This document shows, piece by piece, positions 27,550 through 36,544 of a DNA stretch of 64,000 bases. Source of the DNA: Candidatus Latescibacterota bacterium (GTDB lineage Bacteria > Latescibacterota > UBA2968); the NCBI GenBank assembly GCA_965207885.1, contig OZ242311.1, forward strand, positions 4,864,001-4,928,000, written 5' to 3'. The notes below the pieces were generated by a model that was given only the letters and a program-made list of their open reading frames with translations, ran no database searches and was not told where the DNA came from. The position numbers were made by a program, and so were the translations under genes. Within the stretch, counting starts at the first letter, position 1, and every line of letters begins with the position of its first letter.

Positions 27550-29451
27550 ATGGCTTATATCGACAAGTTATTTGACCAGTATTTTTTAGAACACGCTTCT
27601 TATGTTGTGAAGGATAGGGCGATTCCCGACATTGATGATGGTCTCAAGCCCGTACAGCGCCGCATTTTACACGCGTTGAAAGAACAGGACGATGGAAAAT
27701 TTCACAAGGTCGCCAATGTCGTGGGACAGACGATGAAATATCACCCCCACGGCGATCAGTCGATTTACGGCTCGCTGGTTCACCTGGCGAACAAAGATAT
27801 GTTCATCGACAAACAGGGCAATTTTGGCAATATTTATACCGGCGACGAGGCCTCGGCTGCGCGCTATATCGAGTGTCGATTGACCCCGCTCGCCAAAGAT
27901 GTGCTCTTTAATCCGGAAATTACCGAATACATTGAGTCCTACGATGGTCGCAATAACGAACCAGTTGTTTTTCCGGCGAAGATTCCCGTGCTTCTCGCGC
28001 AGGGTACCGAAGGTATTGCGCCGGGTATGACTACGCGGGTGTTGTCCCACAATCTGATCGAATTGTTGCAGGCACAAATTGCCTATCTTCAGGGGGAGGA
28101 TTTTCAGGTCTTTCCCGATTTTGCCACGGGCGGTTTTGTCGATGTCACCGAATACGCCGACGGCAATGGCAAAGTGCTCGTGCGTGCCAAACTCGATACC
28201 AAAAATCCCAAACGCATTATCGTGCGCGAATTGCCTTTTGGCGCTACATCTGACTCTCTCATCGCTTCGATTGAAGGTGCAGCCCGGAAAAACAAGCTCA
28301 AAATCGCGGGTATCAGCGATTATACGGGTGAGGAAGTCGAGATTGAAATTCGCCTTGCTCGGGGCGTGCATACCAAAGATACGGTGGATGCGCTTTACGC
28401 TTTTACCGACTGCGAGCAATCTATCAGTGTCAGTGCTCTCGTTATCAAGGACAATCGTCCCCATATCGCCACGGTGAGCGATATTCTCAAACACAATGCC
28501 GACCGATTGGTCGATATTCTCACGGCAGAGCTTAAAATTGAGCAGAGCCAGGTGCGCGATAAGTTGCACGCCAGGACTCTCGAACAGGTTTTTATCGAGA
28601 ATCGCGTTTACAAAGCAATTGAGGATGTCGCCGATTCCAGTGCGATTCACGAGGCGATACGCACGGGTTTGGAGCCTTTTTTTGGTTCAATTAGACGCCA
28701 GGTTACGACGGAAGACCTTGATACGCTTTTACAAATTCCCATTCGGCGCATTTCGCTGTACGACATCACCAGAGCCAAAAGAGAGATGCGCGAGATGCGC
28801 GCGCGGCTCAGAGAGATCAAGACCAATCTCGACAATATTACGGGCTTTACCATTGATTTTCTGGAATATCTGATTGATGAATACAAGGATCAGTATCCTC
28901 GCCGTACTGAGGTCACTTCTTTTGATCAGGTGGATGCACGCGAAGTGGCACAGCGCAATCTCAAGTTGCGCTATGATAAGAAGACGGGTTATCTGGGGTA
29001 TGATGTCAACGGTAGCACGCTTATGGATGTGTCGCAATACGACCGCGTGCTCGTGATTCGAAAAAATGGGACTTATTCTCTGCACGAAGCACCCGACCGT
29101 CTCTTTGTGGATAAGGGTATGCTATTTTGCGATTTTGTCGATTCCGAACGGGTGTACACGGTTATTTACCGGGATAAGAAGACCAATTATCCCTGTATTA
29201 AACGCTGTAAGCTGGACACATTTATTCTGAATAGAGGTTATGAACTCGTGCCGCCGAGATGCCGATTGCTCAAGCTCACAACTGACCGCGATGTCGAGGT
29301 CCACGTGTCGTATAAACCCAAACCCCGTCTGCGTATCCTCAATGAAGAATTTGCGATCGAAGACTATGCGGTTCGCGGCAAAACTGCCAAAGGCATGCGC
29401 CTATCAGCGCGCGAGGTCAAAAGTGCTAAATTTGTAAAGCCTAAAGTTTGA
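27550..29451 (+). CDS. parC: DNA topoisomerase IV subunit A (short C-terminal domain)
   Basis: RAIPDIDDGLKPVQRRIL, KYHPHGD, ASAARYIE (catalytic Tyr), PDFATGG; 633 aa, no GyrA box seen. Confidence 0.9.
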   Translation: MAYIDKLFDQYFLEHASYVVKDRAIPDIDDGLKPVQRRILHALKEQDDGKFHKVANVVGQTMKYHPHGDQSIYGSLVHLANKDMFIDKQGNFGNIYTGDEASAARYIECRLTPLAKDVLFNPEITEYIESYDGRNNEPVVFPAKIPVLLAQGTEGIAPGMTTRVLSHNLIELLQAQIAYLQGEDFQVFPDFATGGFVDVTEYADGNGKVLVRAKLDTKNPKRIIVRELPFGATSDSLIASIEGAARKNKLKIAGISDYTGEEVEIEIRLARGVHTKDTVDALYAFTDCEQSISVSALVIKDNRPHIATVSDILKHNADRLVDILTAELKIEQSQVRDKLHARTLEQVFIENRVYKAIEDVADSSAIHEAIRTGLEPFFGSIRRQVTTEDLDTLLQIPIRRISLYDITRAKREMREMRARLREIKTNLDNITGFTIDFLEYLIDEYKDQYPRRTEVTSFDQVDAREVAQRNLKLRYDKKTGYLGYDVNGSTLMDVSQYDRVLVIRKNGTYSLHEAPDRLFVDKGMLFCDFVDSERVYTVIYRDKKTNYPCIKRCKLDTFILNRGYELVPPRCRLLKLTTDRDVEVHVSYKPKPRLRILNEEFAIEDYAVRGKTAKGMRLSAREVKSAKFVKPKV

Positions 29452-29513
29452 TATAAAACAACATGACAGGGTGGATACAGATGGACTTTTATTGATTAAA
29501 AGGATTTTGTGTT

Positions 29514-30161
29514 ATGCCGAAGTTTCTTGTCATAGGTCGGTATGTATTTTTCATCTACTCTGCTGATGAGGTGGAGCGAGCACATATTCATGTGCGAGTC
29601 AGAGCATCGGCATTTCCGACGGCGAAGTTCTGGCTGGTTCCTGTTGTCGAGTTAGCATATAACAATGGTTTTAAGCGTAAAGAAATTTCAGATATTGGGA
29701 AACTGGTTGTGAAACACGCGCAAGAATTGTTGACAAAATGGAACGCAGAGTTTAATCAGAGTCAAGCAATGGATAACGGCGAAATACGTGAAGCACTCCT
29801 GCGCGGTTATGATAAAGTGCGTTGGTTGGATGAGGCAAAGCGTTTGGAATGCCATCGTCCGTCTATTTTGGATATTCGATTCGATGAGTCACTCATGCAT
29901 GTTTATCTCGATGATGGTCGGGGTATCTCTGTACCGTTACGGTGGTATCCGCGTTTGTACTTCGGCTCGCCAGAAGATCGGGCGGATTGGGAACTGTGGT
30001 GTCACGAAAGCGAAGAGGTGTATGATGTGATTGCTTGGGAAACCCTGGATGAACACATACGTCTTGAAAGTTTGTTGGCAGGACGAGCGAGCCGTGAAAG
30101 TGTAACATCTATACGTCGATGGTTGAAAGGTGAAAGATTGTACGAAGTATATGATGAATAA
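29514..30161 (+). CDS. DUF4160-DUF2442 fusion (putative fused toxin-antitoxin)
   Basis: N-half FFIYSADE..HIHV..AKFWL..NNGF..KW (DUF4160-like); C-half LDDGRGISVPLRWYPRL..IAWETLDEHI..LLAG (DUF2442-like); single frame. Confidence 0.75.
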   Translation: MPKFLVIGRYVFFIYSADEVERAHIHVRVRASAFPTAKFWLVPVVELAYNNGFKRKEISDIGKLVVKHAQELLTKWNAEFNQSQAMDNGEIREALLRGYDKVRWLDEAKRLECHRPSILDIRFDESLMHVYLDDGRGISVPLRWYPRLYFGSPEDRADWELWCHESEEVYDVIAWETLDEHIRLESLLAGRASRESVTSIRRWLKGERLYEVYDE

Positions 30162-30227
30162 CGTACTTGCGGGAAGGATGATGAGCAAAATGGAATAATT
30201 TGATGGTTATTAGTCATCCCACAGACG

Positions 30228-30383
30228 ATAAGGAGCAATTGTTCATATAGGGACAACCGACTGATATTTTCTTCTAATTCAGAAAGAAGAGATGGTGTAG
30301 GCATGGTTTTTCTCGTTAAATCATCCCGTTCAAAATGGGCGCGGATGATTTTTCTTTTGGAACTTCAAATTGTCTATTAACTT
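30228..30383. repeat. Direct repeat copy 1 (~155 bp), containing a truncated 5' end of an antitoxin-like gene
   Basis: Near-identical to 34917-35071 (ATAAGGAGCAATTGTTCAT...TCAAATTGTCTATTAACTT). Confidence 0.9.
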
Positions 30384-30528
30384 GCACGCGCCTACCTGTG
30401 TTGGACACCTGTCTGTGTGGTCATATACAAGTAGAGATCAACAGGCGTAATGGCTTATATTGTTCCCACTTCTGTAAGATTTAGTAAGCGGTATAAGAGG
30501 CGAATCAGTAGTATAGGGAGTTAGAATC

Positions 30529-33500
30529 GTGTCAGTAATCAGTCAGATGATAGAAGCACTATCACTCGAAGTACAAGCTATCAAGAAGCGAGGCGGTTCA
30601 AGCGCAATCGAAGTAAGAGGCGGAGAATTACGAGGGCATACAGAGGGACAAGTGCTCTACGTTTTTCCAGTAGATGAAGACGTTTATTTTCGCGAAGAGT
30701 CACCGATTAGAGTTGTTATCGGACAGCAAGAAACAGACGGAATTGTGGTTTCACTTAATGAAGGTGTGCTTTTGATTGCTGTTGAACGCGATTTGGGACC
30801 GAAAATTCCGTTTGCTCGAATTATATCCGATGATTCTTTTTTGGTAGAAAGATTGAAGATCAAATTGGAGGAAATTGTCGAGGGCGAAGCTGTATTCAAT
30901 CAAGACAAAGCAGACCAGATTCTCGGAACTAAAAAGGCGGAGTGTGGTGATACCTGGGCTGATTCTAGCCTGTTTTTAGGTGGTGAAAAATTGAACAAGC
31001 AGCAAGAGTTAGCTGTAGCCCGTGCACTTGGGAGCGAGGTTTTCTATCTTTGGGGACCACCGGGAACAGGCAAAACTACTGTTCTTGCATGTATTATAGA
31101 AGGGTTTTATAGGTCGGGCCTATCTGTACTTGTGGTTTCAAATACCAATTTAGCAGTAGATACTGCACTTGAGAAGTTGGGAGATCGTCTTAGTAAGAAA
31201 GGAGATATGGGGTTTCAAGAAGGTAAAGTTTTGAGATTCGGCCCAGCAATTAAACCAGAACTGGTTGAGAAATACTCAAAACAGGTTGTTGTGGATGAAG
31301 TGATCGCTAAACTTGGACGACCATTGGAAGATGAAAAACGAAATCTGGAAGCACAACAGGGACTAATTGAGGCACAGGTAAAGCCCCTTCGTCAGGCAAT
31401 GACCGATCTTGAAGAATTTGAGGAAGTAAAGGAACAGCTAGCCCATATTGAAGGCTCTCTACGAGATGCTGCAAGCAAACGGGAAAACACTGAAAGAAAA
31501 ATTGGAGATGTTGAAGCGAAGATAGATGAGAGAAAAGTGCGTCTGGAAAAAGCGAACAATATGGGTTCATTGCGCCGTCTGTTGTCGGGATTGAATTCTG
31601 AAAATCTGACAAGGGATATTGGATATCTGGAAGCTGAAAGGACATCTCTGGTAGATGTGCTTACTGAGTTAGCATTCGAAATCAATATGCAAAGCATAGC
31701 CCTTAAGGATGCAAAAAGACTGGTTGCATATTGGGAAAACAAGGTCGGAAACTATCCTTCCTATAATGAATGCAAACAGAGATTTCAGGCTTTTAACAAG
31801 CAGATTTCAAAATTGTCAGAAAGAATTCAAGAAATTCAGAAGCAATTGGATTCTTTACGCGATGAAATTCTCGCAAAATGCCAGGTGTTAGCCACTACTG
31901 TATATCGAACCTATCTTAAAGGCCAAGTAGAAAGGCAGTTTGATGTGGTAGTGGTTGATGAAGCATCTATGTTGGCTTTGCCAATGGTGTATTATGCAGC
32001 GGGACTGGCTTCAGAACACGTAGTTGTTGCAGGCGATTTTCGTCAACTTCCTCCGATCATTATGTCTGACGGCCCTTTGGCAGAAGAATGGCTCAAAAAA
32101 GATGTATTCTACAAAGCAGGTATTCCGAAAGCAGTTGATGAGGATAAACCGCCTGAATCATTAATTGATCTTAATCAGCAGTACCGGATGAAGAAGAAAA
32201 TCTGTGCAATAATTAATGGTTTATTTTACAATGGTCGTCTAAAAACCCATTGGTCTGTTGAAAACAGAGAAGGAGATCAGTTTCCCTTTGGCGATTCAGA
32301 ACTCCTGTATGTAGATACTGAAGCATATCATCCTTGGACTGCCTTGCGTTTGGGAACATTTTCTCGTTACAATCTATTCCACGCACTTTTAATTCGGAAT
32401 ATAGCCTGCTATTTGGACAATGAAGGCTATCTAGAGGGTAATCAAGAAGCCCTTGGTATTGTGTCACCTTACGCTGCACAAACGCGACTCATTCAGAGTC
32501 TGATCGATGAAAGGTTGACGGATCAGAGACAGTATGCAGCTACTGTCCATCGGTTTCAGGGAAATGAAAAAGATGCGATGTTGATTGACCTGACAGATTC
32601 TTTAGGCACGCGGCCCGGACGTTTTGTAACTGCTCACAACATTGAGGACGATGGTGCCAGACTGCTCAATGTCGCATTCAGCAGAGCACGGCATCATATT
32701 GTCCTTATAGCTAATTTTGGTTTTTTGCGGGAGAAGATCGGTGATAGTTCAATCGTAGGACAAATTTTGAACCGATTTATTGAAAAAGGCACAGGGCTTG
32801 ATATTGAGGAAATTTTACCTTTGAGTAGTGAAGATTGGATTGATGGATTGGGTGCTGTTGATGTGCCGACCATTGCCTTCAATCCCAGCTCTAATGGTAT
32901 CTTTACGGAAGGCACATTTTATCCTGCATTTCAAGCGGATCTGAAAAACGCATCTAGATCAATAGTGCTATTTTCACCTTTTATGACATCTTATGGAACG
33001 GGACGATGGATGGATGTCTTGCGTGTGAAGGTGGACGCTGGCTTACCAGTTCGGCTGGTTACAAGACCGCCAGGGAATCACGGAGGAATTCTCGAAAAGG
33101 GTTTGCAAGAACTGATAGAAAGCGTTCAAACACTTGGGGTAACGGTTGATCTCCGACAGGATATGCACGAAAAGTTCGCCATCATTGACGATAAGATTTT
33201 GTGGCACGGTTCATTGAATATCTTTTCACATAGAGATACCAGCGAGAGTATGTTGAGGATACCCAGTCCAGAAGTTTGTGGACAAATGTCACGATTTGTA
33301 ACCTCACCGATTAGGAAAAATTCAAGCAAAGAAGAAAGAGTTAATCTTGCTAAAAAAGAAAATCCTGAATGCCCTGAGTGTGGAGAGTTGATGATATGGA
33401 AAAATGGTCGTTACGGGATATACTTTGAGTGTTTGTTAAGTTGCGGAGGCAAAATTGACCTTGCAAGAACTGGACGACAATTAAGAAGCAGAAGACGAGG

Positions 33501-33651
33501 AGGGCATAAAAAAAGAGTCGGAGTTTCGGCTGAACAGGCTTCCCCTACTTGCGAGTGTGGGCGTCCTATGGTATTGCGAAATAGCCGATATGGCCCCTTT
33601 TGGGGATGCTCTGGGTATCCGAATTGCCGAAATACCCAGTCTATTTCATAG
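30529..33651 (+). CDS. SF1 (UPF1/DNA2-like) helicase + PLD nuclease + two C4 zinc ribbons; Mokosh type II-like defence candidate
   Basis: GPPGTGKT, SNTNLAVD, coiled-coil insert, VDEASM, GDFRQLPP, QYRM, TVHRFQGNE, NVAFSRAR; HEKFAIID..GSLN (HKD); CPEC..C..C and CECG..WGCSGYPNC. Confidence 0.8.
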   Translation: MSVISQMIEALSLEVQAIKKRGGSSAIEVRGGELRGHTEGQVLYVFPVDEDVYFREESPIRVVIGQQETDGIVVSLNEGVLLIAVERDLGPKIPFARIISDDSFLVERLKIKLEEIVEGEAVFNQDKADQILGTKKAECGDTWADSSLFLGGEKLNKQQELAVARALGSEVFYLWGPPGTGKTTVLACIIEGFYRSGLSVLVVSNTNLAVDTALEKLGDRLSKKGDMGFQEGKVLRFGPAIKPELVEKYSKQVVVDEVIAKLGRPLEDEKRNLEAQQGLIEAQVKPLRQAMTDLEEFEEVKEQLAHIEGSLRDAASKRENTERKIGDVEAKIDERKVRLEKANNMGSLRRLLSGLNSENLTRDIGYLEAERTSLVDVLTELAFEINMQSIALKDAKRLVAYWENKVGNYPSYNECKQRFQAFNKQISKLSERIQEIQKQLDSLRDEILAKCQVLATTVYRTYLKGQVERQFDVVVVDEASMLALPMVYYAAGLASEHVVVAGDFRQLPPIIMSDGPLAEEWLKKDVFYKAGIPKAVDEDKPPESLIDLNQQYRMKKKICAIINGLFYNGRLKTHWSVENREGDQFPFGDSELLYVDTEAYHPWTALRLGTFSRYNLFHALLIRNIACYLDNEGYLEGNQEALGIVSPYAAQTRLIQSLIDERLTDQRQYAATVHRFQGNEKDAMLIDLTDSLGTRPGRFVTAHNIEDDGARLLNVAFSRARHHIVLIANFGFLREKIGDSSIVGQILNRFIEKGTGLDIEEILPLSSEDWIDGLGAVDVPTIAFNPSSNGIFTEGTFYPAFQADLKNASRSIVLFSPFMTSYGTGRWMDVLRVKVDAGLPVRLVTRPPGNHGGILEKGLQELIESVQTLGVTVDLRQDMHEKFAIIDDKILWHGSLNIFSHRDTSESMLRIPSPEVCGQMSRFVTSPIRKNSSKEERVNLAKKENPECPECGELMIWKNGRYGIYFECLLSCGGKIDLARTGRQLRSRRRGGHKKRVGVSAEQASPTCECGRPMVLRNSRYGPFWGCSGYPNCRNTQSIS

Positions 33652-33693
33652 AGTGTATTAGTGATAGGAAAACCTCTCAAAACCTTGTGAGAG

Positions 33694-34725
33694 ATGATTG
33701 AATTGAGTAGTTTCTCTCGGAAAATCGATATGCAAAGAGATTTGTTTGATATACAAAGGGATATATTTGATGTTGTTGAGCCTCTAAATGAAAAGGGACG
33801 CTGGCAGGCTCGTCCTGTAAAATACTATGCAGGGAGATGGAACGTCTTAGGGGATTTGGTCCCTCAATTTGCTCTGGAGGATTTCCGAGTAGCACAAGAT
33901 ACGCCAGCAAATCCTTATATGAAAATGGTGATACGTTTGCCCAGAACGCAGATTGAACAGAAGATACCGGTCGGGGTCGTTTCAAATACCTATAATCTTG
34001 TACAACACACCAAACTGGCTGACCTATGTTTTGAGGGAATTAAACATGCTGGTGTAGATCATTTCTCACTACGTTGTGAACTCGGTCTAACTGCGTTAGG
34101 TGAGTGGATGAATCTTCGAATTCTATTCCCTAAACAGTTTGATTATATACCTGATGATGGGGAACCAGTTGGCCTTAAACTGAAGTGTTTTAATTCGGTC
34201 AATGGTTCAAGCCGTTTGATCATTTTAATGGGATGGGTACGATTTATCTGCTCAAATGGTATGATAATCGGAAAGACTTTGATCGAACTTCGAGATATGC
34301 ATACTCGGCATCTTGACTTGGGGAGAATACCTCGTATAATTGCTGAAAATCTGTCCAAAACAAAAACCGATCGGAAACGATTGCAGAATTGGGAAAAGGT
34401 GGAAGTTGGCCCGTTAGCTATTCATCCTTGGATCAATAGAGATGTGACCAGGTACTGGGGAAAAAAGGCAGCTTGTCGCGTTTTTCACATTTGTACCACC
34501 GGCTACGATGTTGAGATTACTGATCCATTCGCATCTGGAGAGGCAACTGAAAAACCCGTTAAGAAATTGGACCGCGTTGCGGGGGCTCCCAATAGAGTAA
34601 AGAATCTTTATGATGTGAGTCAGGCATTAGCTTATATTGCTTCTCGTCGTGTAGATTCTATACAGCGGGTGGATTGGCAGATGAGTATTCCTCAATTGAT
34701 CAGAAGGCTTTCAATTACGATATAA
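33694..34725 (+). CDS. DUF932/DUF945-like mobile-element protein
   Basis: GVVSNTYNLVQH and FNSVNGS...G..RFICSNG motifs; start could instead be 33730. Confidence 0.7.
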   Translation: MIELSSFSRKIDMQRDLFDIQRDIFDVVEPLNEKGRWQARPVKYYAGRWNVLGDLVPQFALEDFRVAQDTPANPYMKMVIRLPRTQIEQKIPVGVVSNTYNLVQHTKLADLCFEGIKHAGVDHFSLRCELGLTALGEWMNLRILFPKQFDYIPDDGEPVGLKLKCFNSVNGSSRLIILMGWVRFICSNGMIIGKTLIELRDMHTRHLDLGRIPRIIAENLSKTKTDRKRLQNWEKVEVGPLAIHPWINRDVTRYWGKKAACRVFHICTTGYDVEITDPFASGEATEKPVKKLDRVAGAPNRVKNLYDVSQALAYIASRRVDSIQRVDWQMSIPQLIRRLSITI

Positions 34726-34739
34726 GAAATCAGCTTCTG

Positions 34740-34778
34740 CTATAAGCCAAGGCAATATCGCACGGTGTCTTCTATCCT
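34740..34778 (-). pseudogene. Possible C-terminal remnant of a PemK/MazF-type toxin
   Basis: Frame reads RIEDTVRYCLGL* right behind the antitoxin-like ORF; resembles PemK/MazF C-termini as I recall them. Confidence 0.4.
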
Positions 34779-34993
34779 CGTTCTGTGGTTGAGGACTCAT
34801 TGTTAATTTTTTGAAGTTCCCTTTGGATTTCTGGATCAGCGGCCATTTCGCTTAATTGTGCATCGCCATCTGTTTTGTCAGAGATATTTTCTCGTATTCG
34901 GTGGCTTACGCGTTCAATAAGGAGCAATTGTTCATCCAGGGACAACCGGCTGATATTGTCTTCTAATTCAGAAAGAGGAGATGGTGCAGGCAT
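34772..34993 (-). CDS. Small antitoxin-like protein (possibly C-terminally eroded)
   Basis: AAGGAG RBS; LSLDEQLLLIER...LSEMAADPEIQRELQKI pattern typical of small TA antitoxins. Confidence 0.6.
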   Translation of the reverse strand: MPAPSPLSELEDNISRLSLDEQLLLIERVSHRIRENISDKTDGDAQLSEMAADPEIQRELQKINNESSTTERG

Positions 34994-35071
34994 GGTTTTT
35001 CTCCTTAAATCATCCGCTCAAAATGGGCGCGGATGATTTTTCTTTTACAACATCAAATTGTCTATTAACTT
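34917..35071. repeat. Direct repeat copy 2 (~155 bp)
   Basis: Matches 30228-30383; contains inverted repeat AAATCATCCG (35007-35016) / CGGATGATTT (35030-35039). Confidence 0.9.
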
Positions 35072-35153
35072 CCTGACCTACACGGCGACATAAAGTATAG
35101 AAAGAATTTTGAAAAAAACAAGACCAGATGTCCTTTCAAACTGGAGAACCTCG

Positions 35154-36485
35154 ATGAGCGGTGTTGCATCTGTGGATTTGCGCGAAGTTCGCAAGCAGGA
35201 TTTGGATCACGTATGGCATCCTTTGATGCAATATGAGGGTAAGAGCGAAGACGATTTGCTCGTTATTGTGTCGGCGGATGGGTGTGAGATCACGGATTCG
35301 GATGGGAAAACGTATCTCGATGCGTATGGCGGGATATGGAATGTCAATGTGGGGTATGGTCGGGATGAGATTGTCGAAGCTGTGTATGAACAGATGAAAA
35401 CACTCCCGTTCTATCCCATGACGCAGATCAATGTGCCTGCGGCGCAACTCGCTGGTCGGTTGGCGGAATTGTCACCGGGCGATCTCAACCATTTCTTTTT
35501 TGTGAATAGCGGTTCAGAGGCTAATGAAACCGCTATTAAAGTTGCGCGACAATACGGCCGGGCGACGCATCCGGGCGAAAGTCGCTTTAAAATTATCTGC
35601 CGGTATAAGGGCTATCACGGCTTTACGATGGGAGCTATGTCTGCGACCGGGCAGGTGAGACGACGCGCGCCGTTTGAACCCCTGGCGCCGGGATTTATTC
35701 ACGTTGAATTGCCCACTGACGATGACCACGGGGCAGATGAGATCGCGCGGGTTATCGAACGCGAAGGTCCCGATACGGTCGCTGCGGTCCTCGCGGAACC
35801 CGTTGTCGGCGGTGGTGGCGTGCATGTCCCGCCAGACGATTATTTCCCCGCTCTGCGCGATGTATGCGACCACTATGGTTGTTTGCTGATGTTTGACGAG
35901 GTGATCACTGGATTTGGGCGTACTGGAAAATTGTTTGCTGCCGAGCACTGGGGGGTTGTGCCTGATGTGATGACAATTGCCAAGGGCGTGTCGAGTGGGT
36001 ACCTGCCGCTGGGGGCCTGTGCTGTTACCGAAAAGGTCTGGTCGGCATTTTTGGGAGGGGCGGATGAGGGAAAAGAATTTGCTCAGGTTTCCACGTATGG
36101 CGGGCATCCGGCATGTTGTGCTGCGGCGCTGGCCAATATCGAAATTCTGACCCGGGAACGGCTGTGGGAAAATTCGGAAACTGTGGGTGCGTACTTGTTG
36201 GCACGGCTCAAAGATATGTCATCGCCTTTGATCAAAGAAGTTAGAGGTCTGGGGCTTATGCTCGCGGTTGAGCTTCAAAGCGAGGATGGATCGGAACTGG
36301 ACAGAGAGAGGACAAACAAGTTTGGCAGTGCGCTTCGAGATGCGGGTGTGATTACCGGGAAGATGAGTCATGTTATGGTCGGGTCAGAGCCTGTTTTTAC
36401 ACTGGCACCCCCTCTGATTCTTACGGAGGAGCAAGCCGACCGAATAGCAGGTGCGTTTGTGACTGCGTTGCGGGCTATAAGCTAA
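35154..36485 (+). CDS. Class III PLP-dependent aminotransferase
   Basis: YLDAYGG, NSGSEANE, YHG, FDEVITGFGRTG, PDVMTIAKGVSSGYLP, TYGGHP; ATG 35154 after GGAGA. Confidence 0.93.
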   Translation: MSGVASVDLREVRKQDLDHVWHPLMQYEGKSEDDLLVIVSADGCEITDSDGKTYLDAYGGIWNVNVGYGRDEIVEAVYEQMKTLPFYPMTQINVPAAQLAGRLAELSPGDLNHFFFVNSGSEANETAIKVARQYGRATHPGESRFKIICRYKGYHGFTMGAMSATGQVRRRAPFEPLAPGFIHVELPTDDDHGADEIARVIEREGPDTVAAVLAEPVVGGGGVHVPPDDYFPALRDVCDHYGCLLMFDEVITGFGRTGKLFAAEHWGVVPDVMTIAKGVSSGYLPLGACAVTEKVWSAFLGGADEGKEFAQVSTYGGHPACCAAALANIEILTRERLWENSETVGAYLLARLKDMSSPLIKEVRGLGLMLAVELQSEDGSELDRERTNKFGSALRDAGVITGKMSHVMVGSEPVFTLAPPLILTEEQADRIAGAFVTALRAIS

Positions 36486-36544
36486 GTTGATAAATTCGCG
36501 GGTTGTTTAGATTTTTCGCCCCTGCGATCACCACCGGAGTACGC

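Noticed and set aside
30002-30304. 100-aa minus-strand ORF as an intact antitoxin
   Set aside because: Only the first ~25 codons match the 34772-34993 gene. The rest runs antisense through the DUF2442 domain, so it is a truncated duplicate.
30228-35071. Integron cassette array with the direct repeats as attC sites
   Set aside because: The repeats lack clear RYYYAAC/GTTRRRY ends, include coding sequence plus an RBS region, and no intI is present.
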